From the NCBI GenBank assembly GCA_963813025.1, contig CAWEXO010000012.1, forward strand, positions 32,001 through 96,000: 64,000 nucleotides of DNA, written 5' to 3'. Made by a program: the position numbers and the translations under genes. Below are positions 1 through 10,193 of the stretch, piece by piece. The notes beneath the pieces are model-generated. The model saw nothing but the letters and a program-made list of their open reading frames with translations, did no database searches and was not told the origin of the DNA. How positions within the stretch are numbered: position 1 is the first letter of the stretch; the number at the start of each line of letters is the position of its first letter. Source of the DNA: an uncultured Verrucomicrobiae bacterium. GTDB lineage: Bacteria; Verrucomicrobiota; Verrucomicrobiia; Chthoniobacterales; JAFAMB01.

Positions 1-544
1 GTTCTTTGAGGTACTGCAAGAACTGTTGCACATAGACGTTCTTTTGATACTTCCCGAGCTGGCCATCGGCCGGGGTCGAGTCCAATCCGGCGGAGGAGCG
101 GTCGATCGTGCCGGTGGAGAGTGACCTGTCAGGCATCGATCTGCCACCCGGCAGTTTCTCCAGATTTTTCTGCAAAAACCCGTCCATTTGGTTCCAGCTG
201 CGCTCGAGGTAGGTGGGAAGCGCTCGGGAAAATTTTTGCGTTTCGTTGTACAAAGAAGGGCCGACGACGCCAATCAGCAGGATTCCGAAGACGGCAAATA
301 TGAGAAACACTACCAGCACCGCCAACAGCCGCGGAATGCGGCGGCCTTCCAACCAGCTGACGGGCGGATCGAGCAGGTACGCCAATATCCCGGCAAGGGC
401 TACCGGCAGAAGCAACGGCTGGAGGAAAGCAATCGTCCGGGCCGCGACGTAGATTGTCAAGACAGCGATCGAGCCGATAACCAGAAGCGACAGTGCGGTA
501 ATCGCGTTCCAGAGGGTCTTTCTTTGCCAGGAAGTCGGATACAA
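1..544 (-). CDS. AI-2E family transporter (N-terminal part; runs off the window)
   Basis: Manual minus-strand translation, not in the ORF track: (L)YPTSWQRKTLWNAITALSLLVIG...LLLPVALAGILAYLLDPPVSWLEGRRIPRLLAVLVVF. The AYLLDP motif is typical of AI-2E/PerM. Start codon uncertain. Confidence 0.75.
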   Translation of the reverse strand, partial: MYPTSWQRKTLWNAITALSLLVIGSIAVLTIYVAARTIAFLQPLLLPVALAGILAYLLDPPVSWLEGRRIPRLLAVLVVFLIFAVFGILLIGVVGPSLYNETQKFSRALPTYLERSWNQMDGFLQKNLEKLPGGRSMPDRSLSTGTIDRSSAGLDSTPADGQLGKYQKNVYVQQFLQYLKE

Positions 545-632
545 GCAGAAGCAAAATGCTGACGATTCCCGGGCGTTTCAACGCTAAACTGTCTTAGAGT
601 TGCTTTTCTGCGAAGCCGCTAAATCTTGGCGG

Positions 633-1622
633 ATGACAATTTCAACCGAGGCCATCACCGAGGACGTCAAAAAATCGGGCCAATGGATCGGCGCGGTCCA
701 GGCTGAGGTTTCGAAGATTATCGTGGGTCAAAAATACTTGGTAGATCGCCTCTTGGTGGGCCTGCTGACCAACGGTCACATCCTTTTGGAAGGCGTGCCT
801 GGCCTCGCGAAAACCCTCGCGGTCAAAACGATGGCCTCGTGCATTCGCACCGAGTTTCAGCGGCTCCAGTTCACTCCGGATCTCCTCCCAGCCGATATCA
901 TCGGTACCCTGATTTACAACCCGCGTGACGGCGAGTTTCGACCAAAGATGGGCCCGATCTTCGCCAATTTGATCCTGGCCGACGAAATCAATCGGGCTCC
1001 GGCGAAGGTACAGAGCGCCTTGCTGGAAGCCATGCAGGAACGCCAGGTGACAATCGGGGATGTCACTTATCCGCTGCCCGATCCTTTTCTCGTCTTGGCC
1101 ACCCAAAACCCTTTGGAGCAGGAAGGCACTTATCAGCTGCCCGAGGCGCAGCTTGACCGCTTCATGCTCAAGCTCAACGTGACTTATCCGACAAAAGAAG
1201 AGGAACGGCGGATATTGGATTTGATGGGCACGTCCGCACCGGATTTAGGAGTTAATCCCGTCGCGACTCCGGACAACGTCTTTCGCGCGCGCGAGGTGGT
1301 CAACCAGATCTTCATCGACGACCTGGTGAAAGATTACATTGTAGATGTCGTCTGGGCGACCCGCCAGCCGGCTGACTACCAACTCGCGATGAATGGCCTC
1401 ATTCGCTACGGAGCGTCGCCGCGAGCCACGATCAATCTAACCTTAGCCGCGCGCGCCCATGCCTTTCTGGACGGCCGAGGCTATGTGACGCCGCACGATG
1501 TCAAGTCGGTCGGTCCCGATGTTCTCCGCCACCGGATCATCATCAGTTATGAAGCGGAAGCGGAGGATGTTACCAGCGAATCGATCGTCGAGCGAATCTT
1601 TGCCGGATTGCCGGTTCCCTGA
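633..1622 (+). CDS. moxR: MoxR family AAA+ ATPase
   Basis: Walker A LLEGVPGLAKT, RLQFTPDLLPADI, Walker B LADEINRAPAKVQSALLEAMQE, ATQNPLEQEGTY. Confidence 0.95.
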   Translation: MTISTEAITEDVKKSGQWIGAVQAEVSKIIVGQKYLVDRLLVGLLTNGHILLEGVPGLAKTLAVKTMASCIRTEFQRLQFTPDLLPADIIGTLIYNPRDGEFRPKMGPIFANLILADEINRAPAKVQSALLEAMQERQVTIGDVTYPLPDPFLVLATQNPLEQEGTYQLPEAQLDRFMLKLNVTYPTKEEERRILDLMGTSAPDLGVNPVATPDNVFRAREVVNQIFIDDLVKDYIVDVVWATRQPADYQLAMNGLIRYGASPRATINLTLAARAHAFLDGRGYVTPHDVKSVGPDVLRHRIIISYEAEAEDVTSESIVERIFAGLPVP

Positions 1623-1625
1623 AAG

Positions 1626-2516
1626 ATGCAATCGACGCGCGACATCCTTCGAAAAATTCGACGCCTTGAGCTGCGAACACGCCGATTCGTCGAAACTGCT
1701 TTTGCCGGCCAGTATCACAGTGTCTTCAAGGGACGGGGCATGAATTTTGATGAGTTCCGCCAATATCAATTTGGAGACGAGATTCGGACGATCGACTGGA
1801 ACGTTACCGCTCGGATGGGGGAACCCTACGTCCGCAAGTATGTCGAAGAACGGGAGCTGACGGTTCTTCTTCTGGTTGATTTGAGTGCTTCCGGTGGTTT
1901 TGGCAGCGTAAGCATCAGCAAACGCGAACTAGCGGCCGAAGTCGCTTCTCTGCTGGCCTTCTGCGCGATCCGAAACAACGACAAGGTCGGCTTGATCTTG
2001 TTCACTGACCGGATCGAACTCTACGTCCCTCCACGCAAAGGCCGCACCCACACTCTTCGATTGATTCGTGAGATTCTTTATTTTCGCCCCGGCGGCCGCA
2101 AAACCGATTTGACTGTGCCACTCGACTTCCTGAATCGAGTCATCACGCGAAAAGCGGTGGTATTTCTTTTCTCGGATTTTCAAGCAGCGGACTATGAGCG
2201 GCCGCTGGCCGTCTGTAATCGTCGTCATGATCTGATTGCCGTACCAATTGAGGATCCGGGCGATATGGTACTTCCTCCCGTCGGCTTGGTGCAGATTGAG
2301 GAACCGGAATCAGGCGCCCAGTTTCGGGTCAACTTTTCCGATCGACGGGTCCGGCAGCATTTCCAGGAAAATGCGCTTGCCGAAAGACAAAAAAGAGAAT
2401 CGTTGTTCCGGCGAAAGAGCATTGACTCGCTTCCCCTGCGGACGAACACCGATTATTTTCCCGCCTTGCGCTCCTTTTTTTTACGGCGGGAACAACGGTT
2501 GAAACGTCGGATATGA
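1626..2516 (+). CDS. DUF58 domain protein (VWA-like MoxR partner)
   Basis: FKGRGMNFDEFRQY..GDEIRTIDWNVTAR, EERELTVLLLVDLSAS; directly follows moxR. Confidence 0.92.
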   Translation: MQSTRDILRKIRRLELRTRRFVETAFAGQYHSVFKGRGMNFDEFRQYQFGDEIRTIDWNVTARMGEPYVRKYVEERELTVLLLVDLSASGGFGSVSISKRELAAEVASLLAFCAIRNNDKVGLILFTDRIELYVPPRKGRTHTLRLIREILYFRPGGRKTDLTVPLDFLNRVITRKAVVFLFSDFQAADYERPLAVCNRRHDLIAVPIEDPGDMVLPPVGLVQIEEPESGAQFRVNFSDRRVRQHFQENALAERQKRESLFRRKSIDSLPLRTNTDYFPALRSFFLRREQRLKRRI

Positions 2517-3022
2517 TGATGTTGTGGTGGGTGGCAGCTTTTTCCAATGGCCCGGACGAAATTGAGGACATTCAACCGCCCATCGCCCCCGACCTGACCA
2601 CGTGGCTGCTCGGCCTCCTTGTTGGATCGCTGGTTTTGGCCATCATTGCATGGCGGCTGTATCCCGAACCGCAAAAGAAAGCGAACCCTCCGCCGTTGCC
2701 GCGCGATTTTGCTCTCGGGCGCCTCGAGGAGCTGCGCGTGAAGCTCCGCAACATGTCGCTGTACCAAGTCGCGATCAGCGTTTCTGACGTTCTCCGCGGC
2801 TTCATCGAGCAGCAGTACGGGATACAAGCAGTTCGTCAGACAACGCCGGAGTTTCTCGACGAAGCCGCGGAACGACTGCCGCTCACACCATCGCAGCACG
2901 ATGGGTTGCGCCAGTTTCTCCGGATCTCTGACGATATCAAGTTCGCCCGGGTTGAAGCGCGACCAGATGAAGGCGAAACTCTGCTAGAGCAGGCCTTCAG
3001 CTTTGTAAAAGATGAACACTGA
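2513..3022 (+). CDS. Single-TM hypothetical protein of Bat operons (DUF4381-like)
   Basis: DIQPP, one TM segment, QTTPEFL, DDIKFA motifs; overlaps both neighbours. Confidence 0.7.
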   Translation: MMMLWWVAAFSNGPDEIEDIQPPIAPDLTTWLLGLLVGSLVLAIIAWRLYPEPQKKANPPPLPRDFALGRLEELRVKLRNMSLYQVAISVSDVLRGFIEQQYGIQAVRQTTPEFLDEAAERLPLTPSQHDGLRQFLRISDDIKFARVEARPDEGETLLEQAFSFVKDEH

Positions 3023-4022
3023 CGTACGGATTGAGCAACCCTGGTATCTGCTTTTGCTGCTGTTGTTGCCGGTCGTGTGGTTTCTTCGGAACAGGGTGCG
3101 CCGCCCAGCTTCGCTGCGTTTTGCTCCTGGCTGGATCTTTTCGCGAGGATCGGTCGGCGCCGATCGATCGCCTTCCCTGTTGATTCCGCCCATCTTTTTT
3201 TATTCCGCCGCCGCGCTCCTCATTTGCGCACTGGCTCGGCCGCAGCTGGGGATGGTGTCTTCACGTCTGCGCACGAGCGGCATTGACATCATGATTCTTC
3301 TCGACGTCTCAAGGTCGATGCTTTCTGAGGACTTCTCCATAGGCTCGGAGCGAGCCAGTCGGATCGAGGTCGTCAAGCAAGTCACGGAGAAGTTCATCCG
3401 GGGACGCGTCAACGACCGAATCGGCATCATTGCTTTCGCCGGACGTCCCTACCTGGTCAGCCCATTAACTTTGGATCATGATTGGCTGCTCGAGAATCTT
3501 TCGCGGCTGCGAATTGGCCTGACCGAGGATGGTACGGCAATCGGTTCGGCTTTGGTCAGCGGCGCAAATCGATTGAAGGACCGTAGCGTGAAAAGCAGGG
3601 TTATCGTGCTGCTGACCGACGGCGACAACAACGCCGGCAAGGTACCCCCGGAGACAGCGGCGGAGGCAGCGGCCGCTATCGGCATCAAGATTTACACGAT
3701 TGGCGCGGGGACAAACGGGCTAGTGCCTTTCCCGGAGACCGATCGTTTCGGCAACAAGTTTTATACTCAGCAATACATGCCTTTCCGGGAAGACGCTTGT
3801 CGGCAGATCGCGGAGATCGGCCATGGGCAGTTCTACCGCGCGACCGATACCCGAAGCCTTAGCAACATTTTCGCTTCGATCGATCAACTGGAGAAAAGAG
3901 ATTTCGATGTACAGGAATTCCAAAACTATCGCGATTTCTTTCCCGCGCTCATCAGCTTTGGGCTTCTCCTTTTAACCTCGGCCACTGTACTGAACGAAGC
4001 GGTTTGGAGGACGATCCCATGA
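3012..4022 (+). CDS. batA: BatA-like VWA domain protein
   Basis: ALARPQ, MIDAS DVSRSM, LVSPLTLDH, GTAIG, LLTDGDNNAG. Confidence 0.88.
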   Translation: MNTDVRIEQPWYLLLLLLLPVVWFLRNRVRRPASLRFAPGWIFSRGSVGADRSPSLLIPPIFFYSAAALLICALARPQLGMVSSRLRTSGIDIMILLDVSRSMLSEDFSIGSERASRIEVVKQVTEKFIRGRVNDRIGIIAFAGRPYLVSPLTLDHDWLLENLSRLRIGLTEDGTAIGSALVSGANRLKDRSVKSRVIVLLTDGDNNAGKVPPETAAEAAAAIGIKIYTIGAGTNGLVPFPETDRFGNKFYTQQYMPFREDACRQIAEIGHGQFYRATDTRSLSNIFASIDQLEKRDFDVQEFQNYRDFFPALISFGLLLLTSATVLNEAVWRTIP

Positions 4023-5857
4023 GTTTCGGTGAACCAGCGGTTTTGTGGGGACTCCTGGTCGTCCCATGCCTGGTTTGGGCGATGCTTCAAGCCGATAGTG
4101 GCGTGCGCCGCCGCCTCGCCCAGGTAGTCGCGCCTCGCCTTTTTGACAACCTGCTCGAGCCCGTGGAGCTGTCCCGGCAACTCCTGCGGCGCGCGCTGCT
4201 TCTGGCTGCGTTAACGTTCTTTATTCTGGCTTTGGCCCGCCCTCAGTGGGGAGCAGTGGAACATCCGGTTGTGCAGAAAGGTCGCGAAATCCTGCTGGCA
4301 ATCGACACCTCCAAAAGCATGCTGGCGGAAGATGTCGTGCCTAACCGGCTCACCCGAGTCAAGCTAGCCGCTGAAGACCTGGTCCGAGCGATGACCGGTG
4401 ACCGTTTTGGGGTCATTGCTTTTGCTGGCGAATCCCAGATCCAGGCGCCCGTCACCGTCGATTACCCGAGCATTTTGGAAACCATTGCTGCCTTGGATAC
4501 TCACACCGTAGAGCGAGGCGGCACTGATTTTGCCTCCGCGATCCGGGCCGCTCAGCAAGCGTTCGGCAGTCAGGAAGGCATCAGCAAGGCGCTGGTTCTT
4601 CTGACCGATGGCGAGGAACTCGACGAGGACGGCTTGGCAGCTGCTCGAAAAATTGCACAGGACGGCGTTCGTATTTTCACGATCGGCGTTGGATCGGCGG
4701 CCGGCGCAAATATTCCGGACGAGTCGGGTACGCTCATGCGCGACCGAGAAGGAAACATTGTGCTAAGCCGCATGAACCCGGATTTCCTCCGTCAACTGGC
4801 CGAGGCAACCGGAGGATTTTATGTTCATTTAGATCAGAATGCGGTGGCTCGCGTTGCCAACGAAGGCCTCCGCCAAATTTCCCAGGGAAATTTTGGCGAT
4901 CACACCGTGCGAAATCCGGTGGAACGCTATCGCTGGCCTCTCGCTCTGGGATTGCTTTCGCTACTTTTGTATTTTGTCATTAACGAAAAGCGACGACCAG
5001 CGATGCTGAGCCAGAAATCCCTGTCATCCGTCGGGAGCTTGCTCATTATCCTGGCTTGGTGGCCAGAAATAACTCTGGGTACCAGTGCTCTCGATCTCTA
5101 CCAGCGGGGCGATTTCGATGGCGCTTTGAACAACCTGCATGAGCAATTAAATCGCCACCCGGAGTCTCCTCGGCTGAATTATAATGCGGGCGATGCGGCC
5201 TATCGGCTCGAACGTTACGACGAAGCCTTCGAAGCCTTTAGCAAAGCGATGCGCAGCTCCGATCCAGGGCTTCGACAAAAAGCGTATTATAATGCTGGCA
5301 ACTCGTTATTCAAAGAAGGCGATGGCCAGTCAGAAATCGAGCGTCGGCTCACCTGCTATTACGATGCCCGTTACCTGTACCATCAGTCACTGGATCTCAA
5401 TCCGCAGGACGAGCCGACCAAAAAGAACCTTGCCTTGCTTGAACGCCGAATAAAAGAGGCGGAAGAGCAAAAGGAACAATTGCGGCAACAACGCGCACGC
5501 TCTTCCAATCGACGCAAACAACCGAACAATCGGGGGCAAGCCCAATCGGGGCAGCAAGGCCGGCGACAAATATCCCCGAACGGTGAGGATCAAGATCAAG
5601 GGAACTCCGACGATGACGACAACGGCTCCTCTGACGAACAGCAGCCGCAGCCGACTCCCGGGAAGGAAAAAAAAGGCGATGTTCGCGAGAACGCCCCGGG
5701 CGATCAAACGGACAAAACCCCGGATTCGGGTTCACACTTCGAAGGGCGAATGACTCCGGACGAAGCGCTCGGGCTGCTCGATTCGCTCCAGAACGAAGAA
5801 GATAAGGTCGACCTCACTCATCGCAAACGTGAACGCGGAGTTGCCCGTGACTGGTAG
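4019..5857 (+). CDS. batB: BatB/BatC-like VWA + TPR protein
   Basis: MIDAS DTSKSM, LLTDGE, TPR repeats (YNAGDAAY, YYNAGNSLF), Q/D-rich tail ending RDW. Confidence 0.85.
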   Translation: MSFGEPAVLWGLLVVPCLVWAMLQADSGVRRRLAQVVAPRLFDNLLEPVELSRQLLRRALLLAALTFFILALARPQWGAVEHPVVQKGREILLAIDTSKSMLAEDVVPNRLTRVKLAAEDLVRAMTGDRFGVIAFAGESQIQAPVTVDYPSILETIAALDTHTVERGGTDFASAIRAAQQAFGSQEGISKALVLLTDGEELDEDGLAAARKIAQDGVRIFTIGVGSAAGANIPDESGTLMRDREGNIVLSRMNPDFLRQLAEATGGFYVHLDQNAVARVANEGLRQISQGNFGDHTVRNPVERYRWPLALGLLSLLLYFVINEKRRPAMLSQKSLSSVGSLLIILAWWPEITLGTSALDLYQRGDFDGALNNLHEQLNRHPESPRLNYNAGDAAYRLERYDEAFEAFSKAMRSSDPGLRQKAYYNAGNSLFKEGDGQSEIERRLTCYYDARYLYHQSLDLNPQDEPTKKNLALLERRIKEAEEQKEQLRQQRARSSNRRKQPNNRGQAQSGQQGRRQISPNGEDQDQGNSDDDDNGSSDEQQPQPTPGKEKKGDVRENAPGDQTDKTPDSGSHFEGRMTPDEALGLLDSLQNEEDKVDLTHRKRERGVARDW

Positions 5858-5858
5858 T

Positions 5859-7619
5859 ATGAATTTGTTGTTCCCTTTGTTTTTCCTGGCGGTTTCGCTG
5901 GCTCCGCCGAATTCAACCCAGCCCAGTGTGAGCGCCTCGCTTTCGCGCGACCGTACCGAGATCAATCAACGGGTTCAGTTGAAACTATCGATTCGACCCG
6001 GCCAGATCACCAGCCCGCCAAAGATCGATGTAGCGGGACTCGCGATTACCTTCGACGGCCAATCGGTTGGCATCGAGACCGTCGATGGGCAGACAACAAC
6101 ATCCACGACATTTAATTATAGTGTTGTTCCTGAGCGTCAGGGCACTTTCGTCATTCCGCCGATAGCGGTTGAAGTCGGAAACAAGAAATTCCGGACCGAG
6201 AAGCTTATTCTCAAGGTCGGCCGTCCGGCAGCCGAGACCGATTCATCGGCCGCCAAGCTATATTTTGCGGAGCTGATCGTTCCGAAAGAGTCCGCTTATG
6301 TCGGGGAGCCGATCCCGATCGAATTGCGTTTCTACTTCGATACCCGCGTCTGGTACGAACCTTACCCGCAAGGTCAGCTGCCGATTATTGAAGGCGGTGA
6401 CTTCGTTACCAAGAAGTATCCCTCTCCGACCGAAAAGCAGCAGATCATAAACGGTCGCGAATACCAGGTCCTGGTCTATAAAACTGCTATCACGGGGGTC
6501 AAAAGCGGTCGTCTGGATCTGCAAGGCGCTTATCAGGAGTTTATGATTCGAACACCGGTTACTCGTCGATCACTGCCCGGAACAGATGATTTTTACGATC
6601 AATCGCCAGGAGCTAATCCCTTCGATTCCTTTGAAAGAAAGGACGTGAAGATCGAAGCTCCGGGCACTTCGCTGGAGATCAAATCTTTGCCGGAAGCGGG
6701 TAAACCCGCCAGCTTTTCCGGAGCGATTGGCCAATTCACCCTGAAAGCGGACGCGCAGCCGGCGCGCACACGGGTCGGCGATCCCATAACGATCAGAGCA
6801 ACGATTGAAGGGTTGGGCAGCTTCGACCGCATGGAGGCCCCGATGTTGACTGATGCCGTCGGATGGAGAACGTATGAGCCCTCCAGCGATTTCGCGGCAA
6901 ACGACGAGCTCGAAATCAGTGGTGCGCGCACCTTCACCTACGCCGCCGTCCCAACTACCTCGGTTTCGCGCGCTCCTGTCGTCGAGTTCTCCTACTTCGA
7001 TCCAGGCACCGAGAAGTACGTCATTTTACGATCCCCAACAATGCTGGTCCAAGTCGAAGGGCGGTCATTGGTCGATCCGGGCGCTCAAACCAACTCGATC
7101 GAAACCTCGCCTGCCGCCCCGCCTCCTTCCCCAACTCCGCCTCTGGAAGTTCTAGATATTCAGACGACGAACTCGCCATTGGTTTCCTTTGTGCCGTTGG
7201 TGCGCCAACCGTCTTTTTGGCTCGTGCAAACCTTCCCCGCGGCGGTTCTCATCGTTATCGGCGCTGGTTTCTGGCTTCGGACCTTCCGATTATCACGGGC
7301 ACCGCTCCGGTCGTGGCGGGCTGAGCGGTCCGTATTGCGAGGAAAACTGGAGCTGGACGATCCGCGGATTGTCTTGCCGGCCGCCGTTCGCCTGCTCCAG
7401 CTTGATTGCCTGATCAAAGATGGTGGAGCAAATCCTGGTGTTTCGGTTGAGCAAGCACTCCGCAGTCGGCCGGTTTCCGGGAAACTGCGACAAGAACTGG
7501 AGTCATTGCTTGCTCGGAACGATCGCGTGATCTACGGCCATCTGAACCAGGAACCCCTATCCGCAAGCGAGATAACAAGGATCAAGCAGGTCATTCGTCA
7601 ATGGGAGCACATTTCCTGA
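5859..7619 (+). CDS. batD: BatD family protein
   Basis: Signal peptide, AYVGEPI, FSGAIGQF, FSYFDP motifs; operon position. Confidence 0.85.
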   Translation: MNLLFPLFFLAVSLAPPNSTQPSVSASLSRDRTEINQRVQLKLSIRPGQITSPPKIDVAGLAITFDGQSVGIETVDGQTTTSTTFNYSVVPERQGTFVIPPIAVEVGNKKFRTEKLILKVGRPAAETDSSAAKLYFAELIVPKESAYVGEPIPIELRFYFDTRVWYEPYPQGQLPIIEGGDFVTKKYPSPTEKQQIINGREYQVLVYKTAITGVKSGRLDLQGAYQEFMIRTPVTRRSLPGTDDFYDQSPGANPFDSFERKDVKIEAPGTSLEIKSLPEAGKPASFSGAIGQFTLKADAQPARTRVGDPITIRATIEGLGSFDRMEAPMLTDAVGWRTYEPSSDFAANDELEISGARTFTYAAVPTTSVSRAPVVEFSYFDPGTEKYVILRSPTMLVQVEGRSLVDPGAQTNSIETSPAAPPPSPTPPLEVLDIQTTNSPLVSFVPLVRQPSFWLVQTFPAAVLIVIGAGFWLRTFRLSRAPLRSWRAERSVLRGKLELDDPRIVLPAAVRLLQLDCLIKDGGANPGVSVEQALRSRPVSGKLRQELESLLARNDRVIYGHLNQEPLSASEITRIKQVIRQWEHIS

Positions 7620-8344
7620 GGTTTATCGGATTAAGCGCCGTTCTGCTCCTGGCGTCGCTCACGGCGGCCAAAGCCGAATCGCCCGATCTCTGGCAGCAAG
7701 CCAATCAAGCTTACCGGGCCGGCCGTTTTGAAGAAGCAAAAGTGGACTACCTTCAGCTGGTTTCGCGCAAGCTCTACACGGCCAACCTTTTCTATAACCT
7801 GGCGAATGCCTGGTTCAAACTTGGCGACAAAGGCCGGGCTATCCTGAACTATAAAAGAGTTCTCATCCTGCAGCCAAATTCCCCGGAAGCGACGGCCAAC
7901 CTGCAGATGGCTTTGCGCGCAGCGGAGAGCGAGGAACGGCACAACTTCGGTGATTTTGTTGGACAATATGCCGACTATTTCCCGCTGTTTGCCTCGGTCT
8001 TTTTTTGGCTCAGCGCGGGATGCGCGTTGTTTTGGATTCTCGGACCTGGACGCCAAGTCGCCAAAAGGGGCTTTGCGATCTTCTTCGCCCTCTTTCTCGT
8101 GAACATGATCCTCGCCGTTTGCCTGAAAGAAGGCAGTAAAGATCCCAGCCGGGCGGTCGTCATTGAGAGTGCTGCCGATATGAAGTTCGGTCCGGCAAAC
8201 AGTTCTCGGACGGTCGAGACCTTGAGCACCGGCCAGGAGATTCGGCTGCTCTCGGAGCGCGGAGAATGGAGCTTATGCCAGACGGGGGCGGGAGTGCTAG
8301 GGTGGATACCGACTCGGAAATTTGAACGACTCATTCCGCAATGA
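7601..8344 (+). CDS. batE: BatE-like TPR + SH3 protein
   Basis: ANQAY, FYNLANAW, GRAILNY TPRs; two TM segments; C-terminal SH3b-like GWIP. Confidence 0.8.
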   Translation: MGAHFLRFIGLSAVLLLASLTAAKAESPDLWQQANQAYRAGRFEEAKVDYLQLVSRKLYTANLFYNLANAWFKLGDKGRAILNYKRVLILQPNSPEATANLQMALRAAESEERHNFGDFVGQYADYFPLFASVFFWLSAGCALFWILGPGRQVAKRGFAIFFALFLVNMILAVCLKEGSKDPSRAVVIESAADMKFGPANSSRTVETLSTGQEIRLLSERGEWSLCQTGAGVLGWIPTRKFERLIPQ

Positions 8345-9159
8345 GCGTTGTCCGGATCTGCGGCCTTACCCTCCTTTTCTGGAGTCTGACTGGCCAGCCT
8401 GGCCAAGCTGATCGGGACCCGGGTACCGCGCCCGATTGGCTCCGGTCGCTCACTACGAACAAACCCGTCGGCAATTTCCCGTCGCTCCCGCCGCTTCATA
8501 CACGGTATCGATTTGGCTGGAGCGGAGTCAATGCGGCCTCGGTCGACGTCAATTTTACCTACACTGGAGACGATTATTTGCTTGACGCCGCTGGAGGAAC
8601 TTCCGGCCTGGCGCGATCCCTCTTCCCGCTCGATGTCCGCCATCATTCTGCGGGAAATCGAAAAACTTTGCGCCCGGCCCACGTCTCACAAACGGAGAAA
8701 TATCGCAATGAAACGGTACAAACCTCGATTGATTTCAAAGCAAATGAGGTGACCTCATTGCGGAAAACTTTCCCGCAGAAAACTCCGCCCAAACCGCAGC
8801 ATTTTTCGGCTGCTCCGGCCTACGATCTGATGTCCGCGCTGCTCTGGTTGCGCAGTCAGCCCCTCAATAACGGCGATCACGAAGTGCTGGTCGCTTATCC
8901 GTCGAACGCTCCTTATCTCGCCACGGTTAAAGTAGCGAATCGAGAAAAAATCAACATCAACGGCACCGAACGCGACGCGATCAAACTGGACCTGTCGTTA
9001 AAGGCGATCGATAAACATCTTCAGCTCAAACAGCATAAAAAATTCAAGACCGGGCGTGCTTGGATTTCCGACGATAACCTCCGGATCCCGCTGCGGATCG
9101 AAGCCGACATTTTTATCGGCTACGTCTTCGCCGAGCTGGAGTCAGCGACTGGTGAATGA
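8341..9159 (+). CDS. DUF3108 family exported protein
   Basis: Signal peptide, YRFGWSG, AWISDDNLRIPLRIEADIFIG. Confidence 0.75.
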   Translation: MSVVRICGLTLLFWSLTGQPGQADRDPGTAPDWLRSLTTNKPVGNFPSLPPLHTRYRFGWSGVNAASVDVNFTYTGDDYLLDAAGGTSGLARSLFPLDVRHHSAGNRKTLRPAHVSQTEKYRNETVQTSIDFKANEVTSLRKTFPQKTPPKPQHFSAAPAYDLMSALLWLRSQPLNNGDHEVLVAYPSNAPYLATVKVANREKININGTERDAIKLDLSLKAIDKHLQLKQHKKFKTGRAWISDDNLRIPLRIEADIFIGYVFAELESATGE

Positions 9160-9162
9160 TGT

Positions 9163-9345
9163 TCAAAGATGCCGGATCTCAACAGGTGGAGCCTGGTAGT
9201 TATCGTTGCGCCCATCGTAGTAGGTGACAGGCGCTTGAATAAGTTCGTCGGCGTCCACATCATCAAGGCAATAGACACGGACGGCGTAGAATTTGCCTCC
9301 AACCGATGCGTCCTCGCCCCACGCAAATGGACGCACGCCGCTGTG
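9163..9345 (-). pseudogene. C-terminal fragment of a GFA/CENP-V family protein
   Basis: SGVRPF...YAVRVYCLDD..ELIQAPVTYYDGRNDNY...RHL matches GFA C-termini; the N-terminal CxC motifs are absent. Confidence 0.65.
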
Positions 9346-9359
9346 ACCCACGTCCGCCT

Positions 9360-10193
9360 ATGAAAACGACGAGAAAATCTCGACCTATCGTCACGATTCT
9401 GACCGACTTCGGGTTGGCCGACTATTTCGTTGGCGCAATGAAAGGGGTGATTCTCACCAGGAATCCGAAGGCAAATCTCGTTGACATCACGCACGAAATT
9501 CCGCCTCAGGACGTTGCGACCGGCGCCTTTACCTTGCTCTCAACCTATCGTTATTTTCCACCCGGTACCATTCATTTGGCCGTGGTTGATCCAGGCGTCG
9601 GTTCGACCCGTCGTCCGATCGTGGTCCAGGCAGCAAATCAATATTTCGTGGGTCCTGACAACGGACTTTTTTCTCTGGTTATCGATCGAGTTTCGGAGGC
9701 TGTCATCACACACTCGACGAATCCAGATTACTTTCTTCCTGAAGGTAGTTCTACGTTTCACGGGCGCGATATCTTTGCTCCGGTAGCCGCCGCGCTTACA
9801 CTGGGTGTTGAACCTCATCAGCTCGGGCCAACGATCCTTGACCCGGTAAGGCTGCAACCAGAGAAAATTCAACGCGCAGAAGATGGGTCGCTAATCGGCT
9901 GCGTCATCCATGTTGATCATTTCGGGAATTGCGTGACAAATCTCCCTTGGAGCGAACTCAAACCACTTCTCGCAGATAGGCCTTTTCGCTGTCGCGTGAG
10001 GAATCTCGAAATCAACCGGCTCGTGACCTACTACAGTGAAGCGGCAGATCCTCGCGAGCCGTTCCTGATCGCCGGAAGTGCGGGTTTTCTTGAGATCTCG
10101 CTTAATCGCGCTTCCGCCTCAAGGGAGTTGAGCATCGGTCTCGGCGAGCCGGTGATTCTGAGCTCGCGCGCTCCGATAGCGGATGACCGATGA
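9360..10193 (+). CDS. DUF62 SAM hydroxide adenosyltransferase (SAM hydrolase)
   Basis: LTDFG, VVDPGVGSTRR, GPDNG, STFHGRDIF, HVDHFGN. Confidence 0.9.
   Translation: MKTTRKSRPIVTILTDFGLADYFVGAMKGVILTRNPKANLVDITHEIPPQDVATGAFTLLSTYRYFPPGTIHLAVVDPGVGSTRRPIVVQAANQYFVGPDNGLFSLVIDRVSEAVITHSTNPDYFLPEGSSTFHGRDIFAPVAAALTLGVEPHQLGPTILDPVRLQPEKIQRAEDGSLIGCVIHVDHFGNCVTNLPWSELKPLLADRPFRCRVRNLEINRLVTYYSEAADPREPFLIAGSAGFLEISLNRASASRELSIGLGEPVILSSRAPIADDR

Noticed and set aside
129..581. ORF-track proteins 129-581(-) and 188-562(+)
   Set aside because: They overlap the AI-2E transporter frame, which has family motifs; these are alternative-frame shadows.
9360..10193. SAM-dependent fluorinase/chlorinase
   Set aside because: It has the DUF62 hydrolase Asp-Arg-His signature (VVDPGVGSTRR, STFHGRD); halogenases have Tyr at that His position, and no halometabolite genes are adjacent.
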